DNA of 64,000 nt, taken from positions 1,318,201 through 1,382,200 of the forward strand of contig JAWQFM010000011.1 of NCBI GenBank assembly GCA_033442325.1, given 5' to 3'. The stretch is from Salpingoeca rosetta. Lineage: Eukaryota > Protista > Choanoflagellata. The translations under genes were made by a program, and so were the position numbers. Below are positions 1 to 31,265 of the stretch, in pieces (position 1 is the stretch's first letter; the number at the start of each line of letters is the position of its first letter). Below the pieces are notes generated by a model. The model saw only the letters and a program-made list of their open reading frames with translations, was not told where the DNA came from and searched no databases.

Positions 1-172
1 CGCAAACAACAACAATAACAGTGCCAGCATGGAGCATTCTCGTTTGTGAGCACAAGGATGAAGAGATGTGGGTGCTTGTAATTGGTCAATGCAGTTCCGA
101 CACGCCGCCATGAAGTTGCACCCCCCCCCCACACGCACGCGCACACACATACACACACACGCGCGCGCTTAC

Positions 173-562
173 TCTTCCATTTGTTGCTGCAGTTCTGTCT
201 TGTGTTGCTTTTCCGCTTGCAGTTGTCGCTTTGCTTCTTCCATCGCCTCCTGACGCCTGTACACGCACGCACGTATGTGTGTGTGTGTTCGAAAGAGAAT
301 AGCGTCATATGAGCTTGTGATGGGTGTGCACTGACAACACAGTGAGCAGAGTGCTGTTACGCACATTCAAAGACATGTGCGCGTGCGTGTGTATGTGTAG
401 ATGTGCGTGCGTGCATGGTGCGTACGCTCGTTCGACATCACGGTTGATCCTCTCTGCTTCGAGTGCGGCCTGACGTTGTGCCGCCTCCTCCTCCTGTCGC
501 TTCTCCTCAACCTACACAGCACAACGAGCAGTTAACAGTGCACAATGCGTTCATTGAGCAAA

Positions 563-656
<94 letters not shown>

Positions 657-858
657 CTGTGGGTCAATGGGGGGGGGGGCGAGCGATTGCGCGGTGTGAA
701 CGCCCTGGGTCTCGGGCCACCCAAGCCCTGTCTCCTCCCTTCCCTCTTCCTCCTCGTCCTCAACGGAAATTGCAGACCTGCTCGTCGCGTTCCTTCTCAT
801 ACAGCCGCTGCAGCCGCGCAGACTCAAACCGCCGAATCTCCTGCACACATGCACACAT

Positions 859-913
<55 letters not shown>

Positions 914-1337
914 TCACATATCAGCTCGCAGATAGGTGGAGGTGTGTGCATGTGCCGTTCTTGCGTGTCGTGTTCGCGCATGTGCCATTTGTGCATGTGT
1001 ACGAGTGACTAGGCGCCACCACCAGCGTACCGGGTGGTCCTGTGCCCACGCCTGGTGCAGCTGCTGCTGGGCAAGGTTCTGTCGCTCTGTCTCCCTCTCT
1101 GTTCGCAATGTCTGCGCACGCGAGCGCATCTCTTGGTATTTGTCGTGCATCGTGCGTGGTCGTCCTCTCAGCTCCGCCTCATATTGCTCGCTGCACACGA
1201 AGGGTGCATTTAACAACAAAATGCCATCGTGCACGTGTGAGGGAGGGAGAGAGAGTGTGTGTGTGTGCGTGTGTGTATTTTTTTTTGGGGGGGGGAAGAG
1301 AGCAACAGCGATGAGTCCATTGTGAGCAGTGGTGAAT

Positions 1338-1395
<58 letters not shown>

Positions 1396-2003
1396 TCAAA
1401 CGGGACATATCAGGATCAGCACTGACTTTTCCTGATTGAGTTGCTTCAGGAGGCGTCGCTTACGGTCCTCGAGGCTGAACAGCACGCCAAGAAACGAAGG
1501 ACCAAGCCGCCGTGCACGGGGATGATGATGATGATGAATGAATGAATGAATGAATGAATAAATGAATGAATAATGTGCACCGCAATGCACAAATCAAAGA
1601 AACGTCTCGTTTTGCTTTGCTGAAGCGGCATACCGCTGTGCTTTGTCGTCCTTCTCTGACATGGCCATCCAAGATCGCATGCTCGACTCGAACGAGCTGC
1701 GTGAGCTCCATTGCTGCAGATGTGCAGGCAGTAAGACACATGGGTGAGCCAGCCAGTACCACAAGCCAGTGGGTGTAGGACTACGCTTTCACGCTTTCGT
1801 TTGGGAATCAGCACGAGTGCAGGTTCAGCAAGTCGAGCCGACACACCCTTTGCTTCGCGGCAATGGCTGTGTTGTGTTGGAAAAAGCGTGCATCCCGCTC
1901 ATACTGGCGCTGCCGCATGGCATCTTGCTCCCTTCGCAAAGCAATTGCTCGCTCCGCGTTGAACTGAGTGCAGTGTGTGTAGCGAGTGAAGTGTGTGTGT
2001 GTG

Positions 2004-2042
<39 letters not shown>

Positions 2043-2264
2043 GTGCGTGTGCGTGTGCGTGTGTGTGCGTGCGGGTATGTTCTCGTGTGTTCTTGTCGTT
2101 CATGATGATCAGCGGATCCAACCGCCGAAAATGACCAAACAAAAACAAACTTACCAACCACACACACACACACACACACACAAAAGCACACAAACACACA
2201 CAAAACTACAGCGCTGACACACCTTGCTGGCAAAGCGGCCAGTTCGCATCGTTGGCAAGGCCAT
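173..2264 (-). CDS. TCHP: Trichoplein keratin filament-binding / centriolar coiled-coil protein (5' part; gene continues past the left edge)
   Basis: Spliced exons: 2264-2223 [14 protein letters not shown]; 1963-1847 [39 protein letters not shown]; ~1714-1633 [15 protein letters not shown]; then [17 protein letters not shown]; [15 protein letters not shown]|EIRRFE; ...ELQQQMEE. These are colinear with human TCHP as recalled (MALPTL..., [70 protein letters not shown]). Confidence 0.85.
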
Positions 2265-2481
2265 CCCGTGTCACCCGCTGCTGCTTCTGTGTTGCCACTG
2301 CTTCGTGTCGTCGTGGTGGTGGTGGTGGTGTCACCGTTCATCAACCAAACAGCACACTGCAACGGCTTCGAAATTCGAATTTGCGCGTCGCCGCCAAACC
2401 AGCGAAAATTGTTTAATATCATTCACAAATCGTTCGGTCTGACAAGACGCGACAACAACGACAACCACGAAGAAGACGAAG

Positions 2482-3887
2482 ATGAGGACGAAGCAAGCGG
2501 CGCTGCTTGTGCTGGCGCTTGTTGGCGTGCTGGCTGTCGTGGGCTGCATGCAGGGGATGACTGGTGCACATGCTGCACCCGTCCGCACCGCTGTCGAGGA
2601 CACGGACACAGACAACGCTGCTGCTGCCGATGCTGCCGATGCTGCCGAGAGCACCGCCCCACCTGCAGATGATGCGCCAGTGGACGCAGACAGCGCGCAA
2701 GACACGACCGACGCTGGCACAGACAACGGCGCAGCCAAGCCTGTTCCCGTGAGCAAGGATGAGCCCTACAAGGCCTACGACCCGTACGACCCTTACGACT
2801 ACGACGACTATGACTACGGAGAGTATGAGGAGCTGTACAACGAGCAATATGACCTCTACGCCGACGAGCAGCTCGACCTGTACGTGTGCTTGGCGTTGCA
2901 CTGCCGCCAATGTAACATGGCCGCGTGGACTGCTCTAATGCACGACGATACACATTGTCCTTTCACTTGCACACCATGTTTTCGCTTGTACATACTCTTG
3001 GTTGCTTAACGGCACAAACGTGTGCGTACACACACACACGCATGCTCTTCGTACCGCCGTGTCCGCTTTCTGCCTTTTCACTCACAATCGACGTGTTGGT
3101 GTTCGTGCGCTCGTGCCATGCATGTGAAATCCCATGCAGGAAGGATGAAGAAAGCTATGTTGGCGGTGATGAGGATGACGACGCAGACCCAGATGTCATG
3201 TCCGTGCGCAAGGAAGCTGCCGAGAAGCGCAGAAAGGGTCCGTGCTCTTGTTGTGTGACACACCCGCTCGCGCTGGCGCGTGCGCGCACACACACACACA
3301 CAACACGCAACACACAACACACAACACACAACACACACATGCACAGAGCATTTGGTTGTGCTTGAATCTTGTGCTCGCCCACGTACTCTTGAGCTTGCAC
3401 CTCACCACCTCCTCACAGTCAACCAACGCTTTGCGTCCGCTTCCCTGGCTCTGCATGACACACCACCAACCTCCATCGTGGGCAGCCGATGAGGAAGAGT
3501 ATCAGCGGTATCTTGACGAGATGATGGAGGAGATGGCGCGTGACTCAGACCTCCGTGAAGACCTCATTGAAGACATTCAGGGGGTGCAGGAGGCCGAGCG
3601 GGCGCCCGGCGATAAGGACATTCTCAAGATTGCCCTTCGCCTCAAGAACGAGGAGCGCGTGCGGAACATCATCGAGGAGAAGGTTCGTTTTCATGCTTCG
3701 GGCGTGGCGGTGGTGATGATGATGATGATGCATGTATGTAAGTGTGTGTATGTGTGTGTGTGTGTGTGCGTGTGTGTGTGTGTGTGTGAGAGAAAGAAGA
3801 GTTGACAGAAGTGAATAACCGGAGGAGAACGTGTCACACATTCGCTATTCTCGCTTTTCATGTACCATTCCGTGTGTTCGCTTGGTG

Positions 3888-3943
<56 letters not shown>

Positions 3944-4694
3944 AGGAGCGGCAGTTGCTTGAGGCGCAGCGCCACGAAGCGCGACGGCGGGCAGAGGCGC
4001 GGATGCATGTTCCGCGGCCGCATGATGCAATGCCAGAAGGCGGAGAGGTGAGAACACATGGTCTGTTTTGCTTTCGTGCATGCGTGCATGTGTGTGTGTG
4101 TGTGTGTTTGTACACTCGCGTGCACATTGCATTGCGTGTGTGTAGCACGCCAGTCCACCCTCACCACTGCTTCCGATCACGACCTCGCCCACGTGCACAG
4201 GAGGAAGACGAGGATCTGTTTCTTGACCCCGAGGCCGCGTTTGACAAACTTACCGAGATTGTCAAACGCAGGGCCGCTGTTCTCGGCGAAATCGACACGA
4301 AGCGCCGTGCAGCATTCTTGCAGAAGGAGGTGCGCTGTTGTCCGTGTGTGCGTTGTCGTGTGTGTGTGTGTGTGTGCGTGTGTGTGTGTGTGTGTGCGTC
4401 TATTTGTGTGCGTGCGTGCGTGTGTGTGTGGGGGGTCTATTTGTGTGTGTGTGTGTGTGTGTGTTTGTGACACACGCGTGTGTTGACTCCATATCCACGC
4501 CTCCCCCTTGGTTTCACGTGTGCGTATGTGCAGATGATGCGCGAGTTGGAGTTTCGGCGCTCCGTTGCGCACGAGAAAGATCCCGAGAAGAAGAAGCAGC
4601 TCATCAAGAGCCACAAGCAAAAGATCGTGCGTTACGTGTTACTTTGTGCACTCACCGTGTGCGTGTGTGTATGTGTATGTGTGCGCGTTGTGTG

Positions 4695-4773
<79 letters not shown>

Positions 4774-4950
4774 GTGTGTGCGCGCGTGATGTGTGTGTGT
4801 GTGTGTGTGTGTGTGCGAGCGTGAGTTGAGTCTGTTTGTTTTGCCGCTCTCACCCTTCTTTGCTTTCCATTCCTTGCCGTGGGTCCATCCTTTGCTGCTT
4901 CAGGCCCAACTCAAGTCGCGAACAGCCAATCTGCCGGTTTGTCCACACAG

Positions 4951-4984
<34 letters not shown>

Positions 4985-6364
4985 ACACACACACACAATG
5001 GCGTTAACCAATGCCTGTGACCTGTCATGACCTGCTTCTTACATTGGCATGTATATGTTGTGCGCGTGTGTGTTTGCAGGGTCACGCCAAGCAGCTGAAT
5101 GAGGTGTGGGAGAAGCAGGACGGCATGCAGTCGAAGTTCAACCCAAAGGTGTGAGATGCGAAATCGTGTTGTGTCACGGGAGGGAGAGGCGTGCGCACGT
5201 GTATTTGAAGCAGGCCATGCTGTTTTGTGTGGAGACAATACAAGTTGCCATCACACCCACATTACGCAGCCCACATGACATTCCCACACCCCATATGACA
5301 TTGTGCGTCTCACCCCACTGTGTGTGTGTGTGTGTATGTGTACAGGTGTTCTTTTCGCTGCACGACATCAACGGCGACGATTTCTGGGACCACAAGGAGC
5401 TGGAGGCCATCTTCCACCGCTCAGCCGTCAAGCTGCACACCATGTACGTTTGTGTATGAGAGAGAGTGTGTGTGTGTGTGCATGTGTGCACATGCTAGTT
5501 TGTCTTGTTCGCATCTGCACACAGCCACTTCAAGCTCTCCCTCAAACCATGGCTTTATCAACACTGCACCACCACCACCACCATTCCTCCACCACCGCAC
5601 CACTACCGCTGCGGCAGCGACGGGGAGACGGATACGGATGCCGTTGAAGAGGAGATGCTCGACATGCGCGCTTGGGTCATGAAGGAGGTCGACACAGACA
5701 AGGTCTGTTGAATGTATTCGTGTGTACACGTGTGTGCATGTGGACGTGTGTTTGTACGTGGACGCGTGTGTTGACACCATGTCGCGGGCCACTTGGTTGC
5801 TGTTTCTTTGCGTGGACCATCTCTACCTCTGCTGCTCACACAACCACTACCACCACCATCATCCATCCATCCATCCATCCATGCGTTCGTCATCAGGATC
5901 AGCTTGTGTCACGTGACGAGTTCATCACATTTGCAAACTCGCCCGAGTTCCAGACCAACCGTGACTGGAAGGCCGTCTTCGTGAGTCCATCGCACATGTG
6001 CACGTGTCGATGCCGGCTGCTGTTGTTCACATGCACACACATGTACACACACACACATGCATACACACACACATGCATACACATGCACACACATGCACTG
6101 CGTGCTCATGGCAAGCCCCTGTCACACATGTGCCCACATGTACTGCTGCCTGTCCCCCTCTCTCCAATATGCCATGACTGCTGCAGCCGGACTTCAACGG
6201 CACGGAGCTGAAGGAGTTCAAGGACCGCGCGAGAAAGGCAGGCGACCCGCGCCAGGAACACGTCCAAGCACGCGTACGCGACCCCCTGTTGTGCGTGTGT
6301 GTGTGTGTGTGAGTGAGTGAGTGTGTGAGTGTGTGTGTGTGTGTGTGTGCGTGTGTGTGTGTGT

Positions 6365-6416
<52 letters not shown>

Positions 6417-6699
6417 CATACCATGCGACAAACGAACCTCGTAGAATTGTACCACTCACCTGGTCTGCCCAACCCCCTCCCTCCCTCCCTCCCAAAACTG
6501 CGTGCGTTAGGTTGCTGAGGCGAGCAAGCGGTTCAAGGACAAGTTTGCGAAGACGATGAAGCTCGGCACCAACGCGCTCAAGGAGGCCATCAAGCCGTTT
6601 GCGAAGGTCGGCGGCAATAAGAAGCCGGCTGCTCAGGGCGATGAGGGCGCCGCTGCCAACGAACAACAACAGCAGCAGCAGCAACAGGAGCAGAAGTGA
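2482..6699 (+). CDS. NUCB: Nucleobindin (NUCB1/NUCB2 family), secretory-pathway EF-hand Ca2+-binding protein
   Basis: Signal peptide MRTKQAALLVLALVGVLAVVGC. Later exons read [88 protein letters not shown], matching the NUCB core (HPGS..QLKEVWEE.DG..FNPKTFF.LHDIN.DG..DEQELEALF; EEERLRMREHVM..VDTN.DRLVTLEEF). Two EF-hands. TGA at 6697-6699. Confidence 0.92.
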
Positions 6700-7131
6700 A
6701 GTTACATTCGTGCGTTGCGGTGCAGAGCTGCACACACTTAAGCGCCCCACTTGTGCACGTTGTGATGGCGTGATGGCTTGCTCGCTTCCTTGTTTGAGTT
6801 GGCTTGCTTTTTTGCGGGGCTGCGAACCTGCCCTGCTGTTAGCTTGATGGTGTTTGGGTGTTGGTTGTTTTCAATTTGCAGTACACACGCACGTGCATGC
6901 AAGCAAAGCAAGCCCAAGTGGCGGACAAGAAAGCAGCTTAATTACAGTTACACAAAAGCATGAACATTGCACGAAACACGAGGGTTGTAACGTATCAAGT
7001 GATCATACAAACGGAGCAAGAAAGGGGCGGGATGGAGGGATGGAAGGGTGCTTGCATTCAACTGAGTGCGCAATGTAACAACAACGACAACGTAAGGTGT
7101 GGAAAACCGGCTTTTATCATCACATCCTTCA

Positions 7132-13096
<5,965 letters not shown>

Positions 13097-14446
13097 GGAT
13101 CGCACACACAGCGCACGCTTCTCGCTGAAAAAAAGCAACCACCACCACCACCACCAGTAACGGTTTCGATGCAAGCTTTGGCGATTCGCGATATCTTCAG
13201 TCTAATTTCCTCCGGAACACTGACGCCTCAAATCGAGCAGAGTGCGGTGACGAAGACGGACGAGATGCATGCGCCTAAATGCCCTGACGAACGCCTTCGC
13301 GTAACCAACCGCACGTTCGGAACGCTGACGAGGGCAGGGGTTGCCTGGTCAATGTTGCCACGACGCTCCTGCGCCGTGTTCAGCTTGAGGGTAATGTGGT
13401 GATGTTGGGGCGGGCCCACGCTGTTTCCCACCAATAGACGACTTGACGTGTTCCTTGTTCGTTGTGTTGTGACGACCGCCGTTTTGACGCAAGTCGGTCG
13501 TGGCTGCACGCATGCACATCACCACAACCACACACCAACCAAAACCTGACTGCTTCCCCAGCTAAACATGTTCACCCAACCAGTGCGTGTTTCGTTCCCA
13601 AACGTGCCTGACGCGCTGCGCCTGCGAACAAATCACGAATCATGCAGCGTGTGTTGGTTGGGTGCTTTGGTTGCTGCACGCATACCAACAAACGCAGACC
13701 AGGCACAACGGCGAGCGGAAACGAGCAAGGCTAAGCAAATGAGGCAACGACTCGTGCAGCACGAGCTACGCAACACTTTGCGCCATCAAGCAAGCAGCAA
13801 GGCAGGCTCGAAATCCATTCCAACAACCCCACCAAGCAGCCCATCCACCAAACCCACCACTTTTCACATACCTTTGCATCGGCTCATCCATCGCCAGCGC
13901 AGACCTTTGCGTCGTCAGTCTGCCAGCCCTCCTTTCCCATCATCAGGCTTTGTGCTTTCGTCGGTTCCGTTGGGTGGAAGGCAGCCAAGCAAACCCTAAG
14001 CCTCAGCCAACCAACCCCGAACCAACCAGCCACGCATACCCACGACCGCAGCCAACGCAAAAACCCTTGCCTCGGCAACGACAACAACCACAAACAGCAG
14101 AGACCACGCAGCACTTCACAACTCGATCAGTCGACGAATTGCAACCATAAGCAAAACCAAGTCGAGCACACCCAACGCAAGCCAGCAGCAGCCTCGCCAG
14201 AAACGCGAGCAAAACCCCCCTCATCCTCGTCGTCCCCAGCCACAGCATCGCTTACAAACTCGCTCCAGAAACACTCGCACACCACCAGCCAGCGCGTGAG
14301 CAGACACCAGACACCACCCACCGATCCACCCCACACCACACGAGCACGAGCCAAACACGAGCCGAAGACGGAGGGCACCCCTTTATCTCATGTGGAGGTG
14401 CTGCCAATCGCTACAACAGCACCAACACACGAAACAGCAGACAGCC

Positions 14447-25774
<11,328 letters not shown>

Positions 25775-25836
25775 AAGCAAGCGACGTATGTGTGTGTGTG
25801 TGTTTGTTTGTTTGTTTGTGTGTGTGTTTGTTTGTT

Positions 25837-25872
<36 letters not shown>

Positions 25873-26072
25873 TGTGTTTATGATTGTTGATTTCAACCAT
25901 CGAGTTTTAGCTTTGATCGCCTGTGTTGTTGACGTTTTATCCGACAGTACATGCCGTGTCATTGTGCCTTGTCCACCTTGCGTGTTTCTCCTGTGCCACT
26001 AGAACAACCCCCCCCCCCCTTGTCTCCTCTCATTGCCTTTCATGTTGTGTGACCTTTGTCCATATGTGTTTG

Positions 26073-26240
26073 NNNNNNNNNNNNNNNNNNNNNNNNNNNN
26101 NNNNNNNNNNNNNNNNNNNNNNNNNNNNNNNNNNNNNNNNNNNNNNNNNNNNNNNNNNNNNNNNNNNNNNNNNNNNNNNNNNNNNNNNNNNNNNNNNNNN
26201 NNNNNNNNNNNNNNNNNNNNNNNNNNNNNNNNNNNNNNNN
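26073..26240. other. Assembly gap (N run), probably hiding the IFT54 terminal exon
   Basis: 168 Ns. Confidence 1.
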
Positions 26241-26306
<66 letters not shown>

Positions 26307-26449
26307 TGTGTGTGTGTGTGCGTGTGTGTGTGAAGGGGGCATTGGGAACGAAAGCATGGGTGGACCAGAGGCCAGATACGGCGCAACAACCCGACCACCC
26401 AGAGCACACCTCACACCACCCACCTCCTTCTCTGCACACACACACACAC

Positions 26450-26643
26450 CTGGATCTTTTCGTCGTTTTCAATCGTTTTGGCTTTGAGTGCAAGGATGAC
26501 CGAGTGCTTCTGTGCCACCTGCTGCTCCAAATCCATCAACTGCGCACGCAGTGGTGCCAGCGAACTCTGCACCTTGCTGTAACGCGGTCAACACAAGCCA
26601 AGGGTGCGTGCGTGCGTGCGTGCGTGTGTGTGTGTGTGCGTGC

Positions 26644-26717
<74 letters not shown>

Positions 26718-27025
26718 GCAGAGGACACGTATCAAGGATCAAATTGCCCAAAGGCTCAATCACGTAATGTCTCGATGACTTACGCTTCCTCCTCTGCGAG
26801 TTTTGAGGTGAGGGATTCCTTCTCCTCCTTCCACGACTGCAGGTCTTTCTTCATGCTGTCAACGTCTTCCTGGATGTAATCCACCACGCGACCTGCACAT
26901 TGCACAAGACACGAAATGGAAGTGTGTATGAGCAGTTGGGCGAAGACCAGAATTGATTTGGGGGGGGGGGGCGCAGGCACGCGTAAAAGGGGTGCACACC
27001 TGCAAACACACACACACACATACAC

Positions 27026-27093
<68 letters not shown>

Positions 27094-29266
27094 GGCAGGA
27101 AGGCGTGTACCAAGTGGGTTTGTTGATCGACAGAGTGCCTGGATTGATGACCGCAGGTCTGAAATCTGAGCAGTTCACGTGCAAACGACGTCGGAAAGGA
27201 GTCAGCAGCGAACAACCACGTGTCACCACATCACACATACACGGGTGAGGCCAGGGGTCACACACGCCCACGCGAGCACAGCACAGCACACGCACACACA
27301 CACACACACACGCACACACACACACACACACACGCACACACACACACACACACGTTCAGTGAGCAAGATGTGCGTACAAGGTGATGATCGCACCTCCTTC
27401 TCTGTTTGTTGTCGGTCAATCCTTCTCTGCAAGTTGTCCTCCTGCTGACCGCCTGCTGGTCCCGCAGCATCCTTGGCTTCTTCAGCCTGCAATGTGGCGT
27501 GTGCGTGTGTGTGTGCGCGCGCGTGTGTGTAAATAACTGTGACCGCTTTCCTGATATGCGTTGTATGTGCATGCGTGTGTATGTGTGGTGCAATACTGCG
27601 GGGGTTTTCGAAGCACGGCGTGGTGCCGACACCTTCTTGGCCATGATTTTTCGCATGAGGGCGCCTTGTTCGCCGTCGTCGTCCTGCTGCTCATCGCCGC
27701 CAAACGACGTAGGACCCAGATCCTGATTTCACACACATATGCGCGCGCACATGCATGAGCATGTACAGTTACCGTGTCGGGGAGCACGCATGACGAGAGG
27801 GACGTACGGAGAACGAAACAGAAACCCAGACGCCACGTGCGCAATTCTATACACACGCACGCACGCACACACGTACACACGCACACACGCACACACGTAC
27901 GCACGCACACACGTACACACACACGAACACAAACACGCACACCCACACACAAACACGCACACCCACACCACCAGCACCGCGCTGCGCCGCACCTGTGGCT
28001 GTTCGGGCATTTCGTCCGGCTTGTCCGAGACAACAAAGGTATCGTCTTCGTCATCGGCGCCGTGGGTCGCAGTGATCACATTCACCGCTGGCGCGTGGTC
28101 GCGGGCAGACGCATTCCTGGTGTGCGCACACATGAATGCAGTGGGGTGGTGGGTAGGTGGCATGGGGTACACGTGAGGGGGGGGGGTGAGATGAGCGCAA
28201 TACACTGTCACATTCACACGCATGCACACACACAACTTGTGGCGAAAGCAGGAGCCAAGAAAGCGGGATGTGGATGCAGAGACGTGCATGAATGTGTGAG
28301 CATGAATGTGTGAACATGAATGTGTGAGCATGAGTGCGCATGTGTGTGTGTGTGTGTGCATGAATGTGATTGCACCTGCTGCTGATTGTATCGTCGAGGC
28401 CGGAGCCGGGCCGGCGGATGCGCGGCGGTGCGGGACGAGCACTGCCGACGCACACACACACACATACACACACACATACACATACACATACACACGCACA
28501 CACATGCACACACATACACATACACACGCACACGCACACACACACACACAGACACACACACACACACAAGCAGTGATCACGTGCAATTGAGGACGAACAA
28601 GGTGAAGGGCAAGTATAACTCGACAGACAGGCGGAAGCAGCCAAACGGTGATCACACACACACGCACGCACGCACACACACACACACACGCACGCACGCA
28701 CGCACACACACACGCACACACACCTGCTCGGGCGCTCACGTCGTCGCACGGCCTTCTGAACGTTTCCGGGCAGCGGGGCGTCAGGAAGGGTTGCAGAAGG
28801 TTCACGGTCCACGCTGGCAGAAGCAGCTGCTGCACTCCGCTCACTGCTGTCGTCGTCTTGCTGTTGTTGTTGTTGCTGCTGCTCTGGCTGGGATTGTGCC
28901 TGCGGCTGTGCGGGTTGTTCCTCTTGCTGTTGCATCTGCTGCTGTTGTTCTGCCGCTGATGTGTCGTCGTGTTCCTCGGGCTCTGGCCTGCTCCGTCATG
29001 GTACAGACGACGATGCACACGAGGTTGCCACGGAAACAGTGAGACACAAACAATACGAATTGGGGCGGGGGAGAGGAGATGTAAGGAAAAGGACGAATCA
29101 TTCACTTGCTCAACAGTAGCAAAAACAGAGCGCACAGCCGGTACAATACGACCAGAGAGAACAACAACACGGGCAGCAGCAAAAGCACCAGCACATGGTC
29201 ACGGCACCAGTACCTGGACGGCTCCTGCTGTTCCCGTGGCCGCGAGCCATCACGCTGCATCGCCAG

Positions 29267-29342
<76 letters not shown>

Positions 29343-31144
29343 CACGCACACACGGGATGAAATTGGTGTGGGGTATGTGTTGATGGTGAGGTTGTGGTGC
29401 ATATGTGAGTTGTGTGCGCATGTCATGGATGAGCACACGCGAGCTCATACGTACTTTTTTTGTTGTACACACATAAACACGAGTATCTGTGCGCCCAACA
29501 TGCCCCCTTTCGGGAAAAAAAAAACAAGGACGAGTGACTGCATGCAGGCTGGAAAACGCACCGTTGCGGGGCGATGAGGCCGTTGCTGCTGCTCCGCCTC
29601 CATTTCCTGCTCCTCTTCTGTGACAACAGAGAACAATACACACAACCACACAACCACGCGCACAGATGCACATGAGCACACGCACACACACAAATTAAGC
29701 ATGTTCTCCAAACCAACAGCAACAACCACAACAATCTCTCTCTCGCCCTCCTTCGCTTCCTGCGCCACCGTACGTTCGCGGCGAGCAGAGCGGCGGTCGC
29801 GTGTGCCGCGTGCCGACGGCTGTCTGTCTGCACGTGCCGATTTGTCGCGCGTGCGTTCACGACCGCCCTTGGTTGCGGAGCGGGCGGAGGCAGCGCGGGA
29901 GGAGCGGTGGCGTTCGTCGTCCGTCTTGCTGCTTGCGCTCTCACGCGAGGGCTTTTTCTTGGCAGCCGACTTGCTGCTGCTCTTGCTCGCCCGGCTCGAC
30001 TTGTCCCCTTTTGGTCTGCAACATAATGAAAAGGGTGACGGTGAAGGTGGTGGTTTGTGCACGAGTGATGTGGGAGCAGGTGGTGGGGTGAGCAGGTGGT
30101 GGGGTGAAGAGGTGGGGGGGGGGGGCTTGAGCACTGAAATTCGGCCATGAGGCAGTGGCAGCATCACCGGCAAAGAGCGCCTACAGTAGCCACCACAACA
30201 ACTGCAACAACTGCAACAACTTCAACTGCAAACAAAGGCAGCTGGCGCACCGTTCACCGGCAAGCACACGCTGAACTGCATCTGTTGAGTCCACCTGAAC
30301 ACACAACAAACAGCACGTTAGGCAAACGCAAACGCAGCAGTGGTGCGGCAATTGAACACGATTGTACCTTTGCGCATGCATCTGCATCTGCTTGATGCTA
30401 ATGTGCCATCACAGCCATGTGCACGTGCACAACAAAACATGCACAGCCCATAGAGTCAAGCCCCCCCCCCACACACACACACCTCTTCGAGGACAGCATG
30501 TGCCATGGCTTGGAGCCATTCGTTGGTGTGTACGGCATCACGACCTGCGACAATCTTGCTTGGCCTTGCCTTGAGGGATTTGCCTGTGGCCATGACGGTT
30601 GTGTCAATGGCCTTTTGCAAGAAGGTTATCTTGGCTTCCTTTTCCTTCACCTTGCCGGAATCCTGTACAAAACGAAGCCAGTCCAACATGTTTGAGATGT
30701 TCGATGCTCACACGTCACACGCACGCGATAAGCGCGAGAGCACAACCAGCACACACGCATACGACGTACGAGTCGCTTACCACACACACACACACACGCA
30801 TACGACGTACGAGTCGCTTAACACACACACACACACACACACGCATACGACGTACGAGTCGCTTACCACACACACCACATACACACACCACATACACACA
30901 CATACACACACCACATACACACATACACGCCACACACGCACGCACGCACGCACACCTTCTCGTCTGCTGCGTAGAGACCCTCGAGAAATGCAGAGGACTT
31001 CATGAGGTTTGTGACCACATCGTGGAGGAAGCGAAAGGGAGGCTTCTTCAGCAGCTTTGCCGTCAACGGTGGTCGCTTGATGACCTTTCCCAGCGTGGCG
31101 ATGGTCTCTTCCACGGCCGCGTTCAGCGCCTCATCGTCACTCAT
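26450..31144 (-). CDS. TRAF3IP1: Intraflagellar transport protein IFT54 / TRAF3-interacting protein 1 (MIP-T3); last exon probably in the N-gap at 26073-26240
   Basis: N-terminal CH-like domain MSDDEAL..TLGKVIKRPPLTAKLLKKPPFRFLHDVV..FLEGLY..|KEAKITFLQKAID..LKARPSKIVAG..TNEWLQ. Charged linker. RRPGSG and RPRASG motifs. C-terminal coiled coil IQALCRSTNPL|GRVVDYIQEDVDSMKKDLQSW..LAPLRAQLMDLEQQV..IENDEKIQ. Confidence 0.95.
30750..30866. repeat. Three-copy intronic minisatellite (ACACACGCATACGACGTACGAGTCGCTTA) separated by CA runs
   Basis: The unit is seen at ~30751, ~30793 and ~30837 in IFT54 intron 1. Confidence 0.9.
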
Positions 31145-31212
31145 GGTGATGGTTGCAAAACAGGTCGCTTTCGTCACAAACCAGCCGAGACAACCAATGA
31201 TGCGTTCACAGC

Positions 31213-31265
<53 letters not shown>

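Noticed and set aside
30750-30866. 29-bp repeats with spacers, superficially CRISPR-like
   Set aside because: Only three copies, the spacers are CA runs, the site is a eukaryotic intron, and there are no cas genes.
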